Shown one piece after another: positions 1-8,113 of a DNA stretch of 49,013 nucleotides (positions are counted from its first letter, which is position 1; each line of letters begins with the position of its first letter). Where the stretch lies: positions 1-49,013 of the forward strand of contig DAISHV010000001.1 in NCBI GenBank assembly GCA_036822315.1, written 5' to 3'. This stretch comes from Bacillota bacterium (lineage in GTDB: Bacteria > Bacillota_I > Bacilli_A > RFN20 > CAG-826). Position numbers and translations under genes: made by a program. Under the pieces are notes generated by a model. That model was not told where the DNA came from. It made no database searches and saw only the letters and a program-made list of their open reading frames with translations.

Positions 1-91
1 AAAAATGACCAAAAATAACTGATTATCATCCTTCATGTGCAAAGGAAGTTTTAAAGAATAAAATAGAATAGGGAATAAGGAGATATCCGTT

Positions 92-655
92 ATGGATGAA
101 GAAAGGCTTGAAAAAGCAATGGCCGCCCTCCAAGGGGGAGATGGCAACGCCCTGGCGGATATTTACACGTTGACCTCGAAAGGGGTCTTCACGTTCGTCT
201 TGCCCATATTACGCGATTATCAATTATCTGAAGATGTCATGCAAGACACGTATGTCGCTTGCTACGACAATATCAAATCCTACAAGTTAGGTACCAATGC
301 GCGGAACTGGTTATTGACCATTGCCAAAAATGCCGCCCTTTCGCAACTCAAGAAGCGGAATCGGGAAGTCAGTTTTGATTTTTCCGAAGACTATCACCCT
401 GATGGCGTCTATTTCTTAGGAGATGTCGATTCCCCTACCGTCACTTTGGCCAATAAGGTTTTGGCTGAGGACGAATTCAACATCGTCATGATGTATGCGA
501 TTGGTGAATATAAACACAAAGAGATCGCTGAATTTCTTCATATGCCTTTGGGCACCGTCACATGGAAATACGCCAATGCCCTCAAGAAATTGAAGAAAGC
601 GATCGAAGACAACAAAACAGAATATGAAAGAGTCAGAGAACTTGAAACCAACTGA
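92..655 (+). CDS. ECF-type (sigma-70 family) RNA polymerase sigma factor
   Basis: 187-aa ORF. Region-2-like DVMQDTYVACYDNIKSY...ARNWLLTIAKN and region-4 HTH HKEIAEFLHMPLGTVTWKYANALKKLK. AAGGAG SD 9 nt upstream of the ATG. Confidence 0.85.
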   Translation: MDEERLEKAMAALQGGDGNALADIYTLTSKGVFTFVLPILRDYQLSEDVMQDTYVACYDNIKSYKLGTNARNWLLTIAKNAALSQLKKRNREVSFDFSEDYHPDGVYFLGDVDSPTVTLANKVLAEDEFNIVMMYAIGEYKHKEIAEFLHMPLGTVTWKYANALKKLKKAIEDNKTEYERVRELETN

Positions 656-2345
656 ATCTTCTTCTCCGGAAATCAAGCCGGAAGAGGAAAAGAAAATCAT
701 CGCTTCCTTAAAGAGCGAATCCTTTTCCTTCGTCCCTGACCAACTTGATGCCATCATGGCGAAATGCCATCTCCAAGAAAAAGTGGATCCTGTTCTTGAA
801 AAAGAAGTCACATCTCATCTCAAAGAAGAGGCCGCTTCTTTCGTACCGGATAAACTTCAAGACATCATGAAGGCATGCGGCTTGGATAACACCGTTTCTT
901 CCGAAGATGAGGAAGCCTTAGTTTCAGCCCTCGAAGGCGATAGCCTCTCTTTCGTTCCGAATCAGCTTGGCGCCGTCAAAAAGGCGACAGGAACCTACAA
1001 TCCTTATTTGGATCAAGCCGCTTTAGCCACCCAAGAAAAGCTTCATAACGAAGGCGCGGAAGTCGTTCCGAACGTCGAAGATAAAGTTTTCCAGCAAACC
1101 GGGGTCAAAAAACACTTCTCTTTCCGCAACTATTTCAAGAAACATTGGATTCCTTTAACCAGCGGATTCGCGGTTGCTGCCGCTGCTGTCGCTGTGATTG
1201 TCATTGTCCCGAATGCCGTGAAACAAACCAGTGCCAGCGGCACATATGTCGCGGTCACCATCACACCTGCCAGCTCTTTATTGACTACCGCTAGCCCGAG
1301 CTATCTTTATTCGGGAAGCACTTCAACCAGTTATTCCATCAACAAATACACCCCTTCTTGGAGTTATTTCGCCGATGCCGATAACCTTGTGAACACGGCA
1401 ACCTTCACTCCCCGCAACTATTCGGCAAAACTTCTCGACGCCAATTTATCGCTTTCGGGAAATCTCAGCGCTTCAAAAACGGCCGCCTCTTTAGTCACGC
1501 CTTCTTACCAATATGGCTATTTGCAAAACGTTCAGGCCAATAACATGCCGATCTACAACAACATCACCATTGATGTCTATTCGACCGACGCTTCTTACGC
1601 GAGCAAATACGAAAGTGACTACAAAACCGCTTTAGCCAGCCAACTCGAAAACAATAAAATTTACGCCAATGTCGCCTTTAACGTCACAAACATCAGCGAT
1701 GAACTTCTCGGCGTGTCAACCGATAAAGCTCAAACGCTCCTTGATGTCTGCACGGCGGTGAACTCGGTTTTGGACGCAGATCATCAAATCTCTTTATCGA
1801 GTCTGAAGAAAAAAGATGACGCCATCATCAATCAAATGAATGAAGTGCTCACTTCTGCTTCCTCCGCTCAGTTGACTCCCCGAGCTCTAACCGCAATTAA
1901 AGAAGGTTTGGGCTTAGTCGTTTCCGGCGTTGAAACGGATTTAAGCGAGCAAGAATACCAGCAAGAGAAAACCATGCTGATTTCTTCCTATGCCCAAGCT
2001 TTGCCTTGGTGCAACGGAAATCTCAATATCGAGAAGATCAAATATGGTCTTCAGAACGAAGGCTATTATCTCGTAGGTGATTCGATTAAAGGCACCGATG
2101 ACGGAATGGCTTGGAAGATGTTCAAAGAACTCCGCAATTATATCATCGCGAAGGAAGCGACTTCGACCGATAGCCTTGTGACCTTATTAAAGAAAACGAC
2201 AAGCTTGATCCAAGATAACGCCATGCCGGATGGCTATAACCAAGAGCGTCCGGATAACGGCGGGCATGATCATGGCGATCCAGGCCCTGGCGATTGGCAT
2301 GGTGGAATCGGCAACTTTGGTCCTGATGGCGGACGAGGTCATTAA
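624..2345 (+). CDS. Single-pass membrane protein, putative cognate anti-sigma factor (atypical, no zf-HC2 motif)
   Basis: 573-aa ORF overlapping the sigma gene by 32 nt. Three cytoplasmic S-F-V-P-(D/N)-(Q/K)-L repeats, one TM segment (WIPLTSGFAVAAAAVAVIVIVPNAV), an S/T/N/Y-rich extracytoplasmic part and a Gly/His/Asp-rich tail. Function is inferred only from its position next to the ECF sigma gene. Confidence 0.5.
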   Translation: MKESENLKPTESSSPEIKPEEEKKIIASLKSESFSFVPDQLDAIMAKCHLQEKVDPVLEKEVTSHLKEEAASFVPDKLQDIMKACGLDNTVSSEDEEALVSALEGDSLSFVPNQLGAVKKATGTYNPYLDQAALATQEKLHNEGAEVVPNVEDKVFQQTGVKKHFSFRNYFKKHWIPLTSGFAVAAAAVAVIVIVPNAVKQTSASGTYVAVTITPASSLLTTASPSYLYSGSTSTSYSINKYTPSWSYFADADNLVNTATFTPRNYSAKLLDANLSLSGNLSASKTAASLVTPSYQYGYLQNVQANNMPIYNNITIDVYSTDASYASKYESDYKTALASQLENNKIYANVAFNVTNISDELLGVSTDKAQTLLDVCTAVNSVLDADHQISLSSLKKKDDAIINQMNEVLTSASSAQLTPRALTAIKEGLGLVVSGVETDLSEQEYQQEKTMLISSYAQALPWCNGNLNIEKIKYGLQNEGYYLVGDSIKGTDDGMAWKMFKELRNYIIAKEATSTDSLVTLLKKTTSLIQDNAMPDGYNQERPDNGGHDHGDPGPGDWHGGIGNFGPDGGRGH

Positions 2346-2354
2346 AAATAGACA

Positions 2355-2390
2355 AGAAAAAATGAGCGGCAAATCCCCGCTCATTTTTCA
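2355..2390. terminator. Bidirectional rho-independent terminator between convergent genes
   Basis: Perfect 9-bp stem aatgagcgg (2361-2369) / ccgctcatt (2377-2385) with a 7-nt loop. A-run upstream and T-run downstream. Confidence 0.8.
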
Positions 2391-2395
2391 TTATC

Positions 2396-2935
2396 TCAGC
2401 AATTCTTCCCCATCTCGTAGGCTTGTTTCGGATAATCGGTGCGTTCCACGTCGCCTTTCTCGTTGACCCCGACCCCATAGAGAATCCCTTTCTCGTGAGC
2501 ATCGGGAAGGCAGTCCAAACTGAAACCCCGAATCGCTTCAATGACTTTTTCTATATGGGCTTGTTCGCCATCCCAGGATGTCACAAGGTAATAAACATCT
2601 TTCCCGGTCATCTGGGTATATTTCATCACCGTTCGATCAATTAAGACCTTGAGTTGTCCTGCCATGGAATAGAAATACGTTGGGGTGGCGAAGACAATCA
2701 CATCGGCATTAATCATTTTATCGATGATCTCCTCGGCATCATCTTTCTGACAGCAATGTCCCTCATGACTAGCGCAATAGTAACAGCCGTGGCAATAATT
2801 AATCTTCTTTTGCGCGAGTTCGATGAGCTCGGTTTGATTCCCACTTTCTTCAGCCCCTTTTTGGAAGGCTTTGGCCAATAAATCGCTGTTGCCATTAAGT
2901 CGGGGAGAAGCCGACAGTATTAAAACTTTTTTCAT
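2396..2935 (-). CDS. Flavodoxin-fold NAD(P)H-dependent FMN reductase / iron-sulfur flavoprotein-like protein
   Basis: MKKVLILSASPRLNGNSDLL...VIVFATPTYFYSMAGQLKVLIDR (NADPH-dependent FMN reductase pattern) plus a Cys cluster CHGCYYCASHEGHCC. The ATG at 2935 overlaps the MerR stop as TAATG. An alternative in-frame ATG lies at 2947. Confidence 0.75.
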   Translation of the reverse strand: MKKVLILSASPRLNGNSDLLAKAFQKGAEESGNQTELIELAQKKINYCHGCYYCASHEGHCCQKDDAEEIIDKMINADVIVFATPTYFYSMAGQLKVLIDRTVMKYTQMTGKDVYYLVTSWDGEQAHIEKVIEAIRGFSLDCLPDAHEKGILYGVGVNEKGDVERTDYPKQAYEMGKNC

Positions 2936-3315
2936 TATTTTGAGCATCCTTTCACAATGAGTTTTTGATAATTATCAATCTTGTAATTAAGCCGCTCCAA
3001 GGAATGATCGATGGCTTCCTTTTTACGGAGAAGTTCTTCGCGCTGTTCTATCAAGAGCTCTTTTCGCGCCTTGATGGTGGAATCTCCTTCGGCATAAAGC
3101 TTCATGTAACGAATAAGCGCTTCAAGCGAAACTCCGGCATCGCGCATACATTTGATGAACTCCAGCCGTCCGATATCTTCTTCGTCGTAATAGCGGATTC
3201 CGCTCGCCCGACGATGCGAGGTCATTAGCCCAATCTTTTCATAGTAACGTAGGGCGTCTTCGCTGAGGGCAAAACGTTTTGAAACTTGGGCGATGCTTAA
3301 AGGTTCTTGAGCCAT
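2935..3315 (-). CDS. MerR-family transcriptional regulator, AdhR/NmlR-like
   Basis: HTH IAQVSKRFALSEDALRYYEKIGL, then GIRYYDEEDI and EFIKCMRDAGVSLEAL with a single conserved Cys, then a coiled-coil dimerisation helix. Start chosen at MAQEPL (AGGAG SD 9 nt upstream) rather than the ORF-track start at 3393. Confidence 0.85.
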   Translation of the reverse strand: MAQEPLSIAQVSKRFALSEDALRYYEKIGLMTSHRRASGIRYYDEEDIGRLEFIKCMRDAGVSLEALIRYMKLYAEGDSTIKARKELLIEQREELLRKKEAIDHSLERLNYKIDNYQKLIVKGCSK

Positions 3316-3818
3316 GTTGCTATCTCCTGTTCGCTGCCATCGACGGCATGGCCCGGAAGTGCAAGGCCTTTGAGGAGGTTCACCCCAGGGCAAGTTTTCT
3401 TCAAATCTTCAACGCCATGTCCAAAGCCCGATCCTTCCGATGTATTGAAAGGAATCAAGGTCTTACCGTGAAAATCATTCGCATCTAGGAAAGTGAAAAG
3501 CGGCCGTGGCAGCGTTCCCCACCACGTCGGGTAGCCAAGAAAGATGACGTCATAATCTTTGACGCTCTTCATTTCGAGAAGTTCAGGACAAGAAAGAGTT
3601 TTCATTTCTTTTTTGGCCTCATCGCAGCACGCATAGTAGCCATTCGGATAAGGCTCTTTGCGGATGATTTCAAAAAGATCGCCACCAAGATTTTTCTGAA
3701 TGATCTTGGCCATCTTTGCAGTATTGCCTTCGCTAAGATCGGCTAAGCCATGGGTATACCAGTTCTCGCCTTTTTTTGAAAAGAAGACGATCAATATTCG
3801 TTTTCCAGCAAAATCCAT
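3297..3818 (-). CDS. Flavodoxin-family protein
   Basis: KRILIVFFSKKGEN...YDVIFLGYPTWWGTLPRP...LIPFNTSEGSG, a flavodoxin-like FMN-binding pattern. GGAGG SD. First gene of a flavodoxin-merR-flavoprotein operon and overlaps the merR start by 19 nt. Confidence 0.8.
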   Translation of the reverse strand: MDFAGKRILIVFFSKKGENWYTHGLADLSEGNTAKMAKIIQKNLGGDLFEIIRKEPYPNGYYACCDEAKKEMKTLSCPELLEMKSVKDYDVIFLGYPTWWGTLPRPLFTFLDANDFHGKTLIPFNTSEGSGFGHGVEDLKKTCPGVNLLKGLALPGHAVDGSEQEIATWLKNL

Positions 3819-3838
3819 TTCTTTTACCTCCGGATCTC

Positions 3839-3869
3839 ATTGTAGTTCTTAGAGTTAACTCCAAGTCAA
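3839..3869 (-). promoter_or_regulatory. MerR-type promoter: -35 TTGACT, 19-bp spacer containing an 18-bp dyad, -10 TACAAT
   Basis: Minus-strand reading TTGACT-tggagttaactctaagaac-TACAAT. The dyad CTTGGAGTTAACTCTAAG has one mismatched pair. The overlong 19-bp spacer with an internal dyad is the hallmark of MerR-activated promoters. Confidence 0.7.
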
Positions 3870-3871
3870 GC

Positions 3872-3900
3872 GACAAAAGAAAAAGCGCCGAAGCGCTTAT
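3872..3900 (-). terminator. Rho-independent terminator of the aminopeptidase gene
   Basis: Stem aagcgc / gcgctt (3883-3888 / 3893-3898) with a 4-nt loop, followed on the minus-strand RNA by UUUUUCUUUU. Confidence 0.75.
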
Positions 3901-3906
3901 TCTTTT

Positions 3907-5133
3907 TTAGAAAGCCCAAGTTCCGTTACGGAAGAGAACGACTTCTTTGCCTTGCTCTGTCGTCCCAACAATCTTCAAATCGGAAGTTCCGATCATGAAG
4001 TCCACATGTGAGAGCGATTGATTGATGCCAAAGCCATGCAATTGTTCTTCGGTATAGTTCTCGAAATGGGGATAGAGATTCGTGAAGCCGCGTCCGAGAG
4101 CCAAATGGCAGCAAGCGTTCTCATCGTAGAGCGTGTTATAGAAAAGAAGACCGGTTTGGTTGATCGGCGAATCAAAGGGGACCAACGCGCATTCACCCAA
4201 ATAGGCCGAGCCATTATCGAGAGTCAAAATGCTTTCAAGAGCAGCTTGACCTTTTTCAGCCTTAACTTCAACCGCCTTGCCTTGATGGAAACGGACCGAG
4301 AAATTCTCAATCAATTGTCCTTGATAAGCCAATGGCTTCGAAGCGTAGACGATGCCTTCTGCTTCGCCGCGCATCGGTGAAGTGAAGCATTCTTCCGAAG
4401 GGATATTAGGCTGATAGAAAACACCAGCAATCGTGCTTTCGCCACCGCCAAGGAAGATAACCTGAGGAATTAATCCAACGGTTAAATCAGTGCCATTATT
4501 CGCAGTGTAATGAAGGCTCTTCAAATGAAGAGAATTCAAATAAGCGCAGCGCTCTTTGAGGTCTTTCTCATGTCGAGCCCAGGCTTCTTCACCTTTTCCA
4601 TCATCGGCCCGTGCGGTTTTTAAAATCGCCTGCCAAAGTTTTTCTATCGCCATGTCGCCATCAAGATTGGGGAAAACCTTTTTGGCCCACTTGAGGGATG
4701 GGACTCCAGCAATGCACCACTGATATTTGTTCTCTCTCGCCTCGATGTATTTCGCACGTTGGGCATAGCGAAGGGACTGAACCTGAGCGACTTTCTTCGC
4801 ATCAACGCCTACTAAGCCATCGGGGTCATCGGCGTCAAGCCAAATCAAAATCGGAAGGGATTCCGTAGAGAATTCTTGAAAACCGATTTCTTGGGGTAAG
4901 AGGTGACCCAAATCTTCACTGGAAGCATAATGGTAAGAAACGCGATCGATCACGGCGGATTGCCAATCGAAGACGACGCGCTTAGCGCCGGCTTTATAAC
5001 ATTCCTCCGCTACAACAGCAGCGAAACCTTCAATCGAAACGTTGGCACGAATAATCACGTATTGTCCTTTTTGGACGTGAGCGCCCGTCCGGGCAATCAA
5101 CTCGGCATATTGACGTAACAAGGTAGAATTCAT
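3907..5133 (-). CDS. ampS: M29-family aminopeptidase (AmpS/PepS-like)
   Basis: Full-length resemblance to thermophilic/AmpS aminopeptidases. The N-terminus MNSTLLRQYAELIARTGAHVQKGQ matches the usual family start, so the start is set at 5133 rather than the ORF-track 5196. Confidence 0.8.
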   Translation of the reverse strand: MNSTLLRQYAELIARTGAHVQKGQYVIIRANVSIEGFAAVVAEECYKAGAKRVVFDWQSAVIDRVSYHYASSEDLGHLLPQEIGFQEFSTESLPILIWLDADDPDGLVGVDAKKVAQVQSLRYAQRAKYIEARENKYQWCIAGVPSLKWAKKVFPNLDGDMAIEKLWQAILKTARADDGKGEEAWARHEKDLKERCAYLNSLHLKSLHYTANNGTDLTVGLIPQVIFLGGGESTIAGVFYQPNIPSEECFTSPMRGEAEGIVYASKPLAYQGQLIENFSVRFHQGKAVEVKAEKGQAALESILTLDNGSAYLGECALVPFDSPINQTGLLFYNTLYDENACCHLALGRGFTNLYPHFENYTEEQLHGFGINQSLSHVDFMIGTSDLKIVGTTEQGKEVVLFRNGTWAF

Positions 5134-5264
5134 GGTAAGATTTTCATTCCTTTCGCAATCGTGTTTCATTGTAAGCATTTTTGACTCTTTGTACACAAAA
5201 GGTTTTTTGTCTAGGTGCTATTCCCCTTCGAAATGACTAGAATAAATCGAACGAGGTTATTTTT

Positions 5265-6119
5265 ATGGAAGAAGAGAAAAAAGACGAAACGAAAACTGAA
5301 ACGGTAAACGCCGAAGAAGCCAAGCCGCAAAAGAAGCCAAGAAAGCCTCTAGATCTGAGCAAAGGAAGCTTGATTTGGACCATTTGGCACTTTGTCGAGG
5401 CGGTCTTGCTCATTGTCGGTGGTGTCTTGGCGATTGCCTTCTCGGATAAAGAGGATGTCCAAAAGATTATTTATCCTGTTGTCGGCGCCTTCTTGATTTT
5501 GGGGGGATTTTTAAAGATCCTGACCAATTTCTTGCCTGTCATCGCCAGCAGTCGCGCTGAAGCCGAAGCCAAGCTCAAAGCCAAGAAAGCCTTAGCTTAC
5601 GATATGGTGGTTGGCGGCTCGTTAGAGTTAGCCTTAGGCATCACGCTTTGCGTCATCTATGCTTCGCAGCAATCGGCGATTGAAACTATCACCTTATTCC
5701 TCAGCACCTTTATCGCCATCATTTTGATGGTCGCTGGCGTATCGTTATTGCTCTTCGCCATCGGCTTCATCGTCGCCAAACTTTACAAACTCTATATGCC
5801 GATCCTAGAGATCATCTTAGGTTTAGGCGTCATTGCTCTTGGCGTTGTCGTCATTATCTATATGAGCCAGCCGAGTATCTTTAATAAAGTCGTCCTTATT
5901 ATTGTTGGTTTACTTCTCGTCCTCTCTGGCTTAGGTATGTTGGTGGACACCGTGACAACGGTCATCGCCAAAAACCAAGCGAAGAAAGTCGCTAAAGAAG
6001 CCAAAGCGAGCGAAGGCGGAGCCACCGTCGAAGTCAGCGTAACCGAAGTTGATTATTCGACCGAGAATGGCAATAAGGCTGCCCCGGAAGAAAAGACGAA
6101 TCCGGACGAGAAGAAATAG
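5265..6119 (+). CDS. Multi-pass membrane protein with K/E-rich termini (possibly DUF308/HdeD-like)
   Basis: 284 aa with at least six hydrophobic segments carrying short G-x3-G-type repeats. Charged N- and C-terminal low-complexity tails. GAGG SD. Confidence 0.6.
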   Translation: MEEEKKDETKTETVNAEEAKPQKKPRKPLDLSKGSLIWTIWHFVEAVLLIVGGVLAIAFSDKEDVQKIIYPVVGAFLILGGFLKILTNFLPVIASSRAEAEAKLKAKKALAYDMVVGGSLELALGITLCVIYASQQSAIETITLFLSTFIAIILMVAGVSLLLFAIGFIVAKLYKLYMPILEIILGLGVIALGVVVIIYMSQPSIFNKVVLIIVGLLLVLSGLGMLVDTVTTVIAKNQAKKVAKEAKASEGGATVEVSVTEVDYSTENGNKAAPEEKTNPDEKK

Positions 6120-6140
6120 TTTAACGTGAGCAAAAAGAAA

Positions 6141-6169
6141 AGGGTTTGGAGAAATCCAAGCCCTTTTTG
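6141..6169. terminator. Bidirectional rho-independent terminator
   Basis: 10-bp stem agggtttgga / tccaagccct (one G-U pair) with a gaaa loop. A-run before and T-run after. Lies between convergent genes. Confidence 0.75.
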
Positions 6170-6178
6170 CTTAGGATT

Positions 6179-6784
6179 TTAATTGTATTTATCCGCGCCG
6201 GTCAGTTCGAGAAAGTGCGGCAAGGACACGCACCAATCGCAGAAGGTATGCCACTCCTGAAGTTTATGGTTATGGCGTTGAATGTACATCGTCTTCAATT
6301 GTTGATAGTTCGTCACCATCGTCGCGGCAAGGCAGAAACCTTCCGGAAGCGAAGCGACGAGAACCCGCCATTTGGCTTTTTGCTCGACTTTGTGCTCCTC
6401 GTCATCGGGAATAGCGTTATATTCAGCAATGAGCTCTTTCATCCGTTCCAAGATCTTGGGATCGGTCTCGTCGACGCATTGCTCCGCCACATCAAATTTG
6501 AGGAGGCAGTGCATCGTCGATTCACTCGAAACGAAATCAAACCAGTGATAGCGCTGGGCTTCTTTCCACCAATATAAGGGAGCGCAGACATCAAGTTGAA
6601 CCGTGATGCCTTTCAAATAGTTATCGTGGCCTTCGCCATTACGACAACTGCCAAGTTTTTGTGCCCGTAAGAAATCTTTGTCGTTCGCTTCTGAAGTGTC
6701 GATCACAACCCGCATCGGATTGCCGGAAGCTTTAACCGCTCTTTCAAGACCATAGACGTAAGAATTCGACACTGAGAAATTCAT
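6179..6784 (-). CDS. Uncharacterised protein with divergent ThyX-like (flavin-dependent thymidylate synthase fold) motifs
   Basis: 201 aa. Its start overlaps the folD stop (ATGA). VCAPLYWWKEAQRYHWFDFVSSESTMH parallels the ThyX block V-x-AP-x5-Q-x2-RHR-x5-E-x-S-x-RY. LPEGF...TNYQQLKTMYIQRHNHKLQEW parallels ThyX LP...N-x-R-x-L...R...AQ-x-E. The comparison is from memory, not a computed alignment. Confidence 0.45.
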   Translation of the reverse strand: MNFSVSNSYVYGLERAVKASGNPMRVVIDTSEANDKDFLRAQKLGSCRNGEGHDNYLKGITVQLDVCAPLYWWKEAQRYHWFDFVSSESTMHCLLKFDVAEQCVDETDPKILERMKELIAEYNAIPDDEEHKVEQKAKWRVLVASLPEGFCLAATMVTNYQQLKTMYIQRHNHKLQEWHTFCDWCVSLPHFLELTGADKYN

Positions 6785-7569
6785 TTCACTGCCTCCAGTA
6801 AATTATCTAATAACGCTAAACGGGTCAACAAACCAACGCCACCGGGAACCGGGGTTTGTTTTGCGACAGGGAGATTCGGCACCACATCGCCATGCAAATG
6901 CCCATCTTCTCCTCGATTGATTCCAACATCGACAATCCAGCAACTCGGCTTGAACTTATAAGTGGCATCAATCGCACCTAAACGACCAATGGCGACGACG
7001 AGCAAATCGGCATGTTCAAGATAGAAACGTTTATCCTCATCGCTGGTCTTACTATGAAGTACGGTGACGTTGCAATCCCGGGCCAGTAACATTTTTGCCA
7101 TAGGCTTCCCAACGATATTACTCCGACCAAGAACCACCGCATTTTTACCGCGGAAAACGAAACCTTCAGCGCTCAGATAATCACAAATACCTTTCGGAGT
7201 GCAGCATTCGAAGGGGGACAAAGGCGAAAAGCCATCAACGTCTTTGCTCGGCAAGACCGCTTCATGAATTGCTTTCTCGGAGATTTGTTTCGGCACAGGA
7301 AGTTGAACCAAAATTCCATCAATCGAAGGATCAGCATTATATTTCTTAATGAGGGCGACCAATTCGGCCTCGCTCGTGTTTTCCCCAAGGCGGGTATCCA
7401 CCGCTTTAAAACCAACTTCAGCCGCGTCTTTCATTTTGCCGCGCACATAGGAATCGCTAGCGGGGTTATCACCAACCACAATGATGGCTAAAGTCGGAAT
7501 TCGAGGAGAGGAGAGCATCGCGTTTTTGAGTTCTTGTTTTCGTTTCAAAACGTAATCTTTTATTTCCAT
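6781..7569 (-). CDS. folD: Bifunctional 5,10-methylene-THF dehydrogenase / 5,10-methenyl-THF cyclohydrolase
   Basis: LAIIVVGDNPASDSYVRGKMKDA, DGILVQLPVP, VVLGRSNIVGKPMAKML, PVPGGVGLLT. About 262 aa, slightly short at the N-terminus. Confidence 0.9.
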   Translation of the reverse strand: MEIKDYVLKRKQELKNAMLSSPRIPTLAIIVVGDNPASDSYVRGKMKDAAEVGFKAVDTRLGENTSEAELVALIKKYNADPSIDGILVQLPVPKQISEKAIHEAVLPSKDVDGFSPLSPFECCTPKGICDYLSAEGFVFRGKNAVVLGRSNIVGKPMAKMLLARDCNVTVLHSKTSDEDKRFYLEHADLLVVAIGRLGAIDATYKFKPSCWIVDVGINRGEDGHLHGDVVPNLPVAKQTPVPGGVGLLTRLALLDNLLEAVK

Positions 7570-7631
7570 AAGCGCCGCCTTTTTTCAATGGTCTAAAGAT
7601 AGCATCATGGGGGGTGAAATTCACTAGGTAA

Positions 7632-7658
7632 GAAGAAAACCGAAGCAAAACTTCGGCC
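7632..7658 (-). terminator. Rho-independent terminator of secG
   Basis: Minus-strand RNA GCCGAAG-UUUUG-CUUCGGU followed by UUUCUUCUU. Confidence 0.7.
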
Positions 7659-7680
7659 TTATCGATAAACTAAATCAATT

Positions 7681-7983
7681 TTAAATAAGAAGGAAATTCA
7701 GTAGCGCCACAATCTTCGATGCAGCGGTTGAGGAAGAAGTCGAACTGGCGCTCTTATTGGAATAGACCATGATTAAGAGAGCGAAGAAAAGGAAGAGAAT
7801 CGCGAAGCCAAAGGTCAACCAGCTAACGACCTTTTCGGAGCCGCGTTCCTTAGTTTTAGCGAAGACGTTTAAACCACCGCCGGTGATGGCACCAGATGCG
7901 CCTTCGGATTTGCCACCTTGAAGCAAGGACAGCACAATGACGATGAGCGAGACGATGATGAAGAGGATATCATACCATTTCAT
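7681..7983 (-). CDS. secG: Preprotein translocase subunit SecG
   Basis: 100 aa with two TM segments and the typical LLQGGKSEG...GGGLNVF loop. Confidence 0.8.
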   Translation of the reverse strand: MKWYDILFIIVSLIVIVLSLLQGGKSEGASGAITGGGLNVFAKTKERGSEKVVSWLTFGFAILFLFFALLIMVYSNKSASSTSSSTAASKIVALLNFLLI

Positions 7984-8113
7984 TCGAAGTAAACTCCGCG
8001 CAAAAAGCGCCTATTAACTTTAATCTAGTTGAAGCCAATTGGCAACGAAAGAATTTTGCGAGAAAACCTTGAAGGCCCTTCTCACTCTTACTAAAAGTAA
8101 GAAAGCGCCTTTT

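Noticed and set aside
3316-3393. N-terminal extensions suggested by the ORF track: MerR to 3393, aminopeptidase to 5196, yitT family to 12140, DUF1538 to 32949, comFC to 16528, prmC to 19651.
   Set aside because: The extended parts overlap upstream genes, encode Arg/Cys/Pro-rich non-homologous sequence and lack an SD. Internal ATGs with good GGAGG-type sites give N-termini matching the families.
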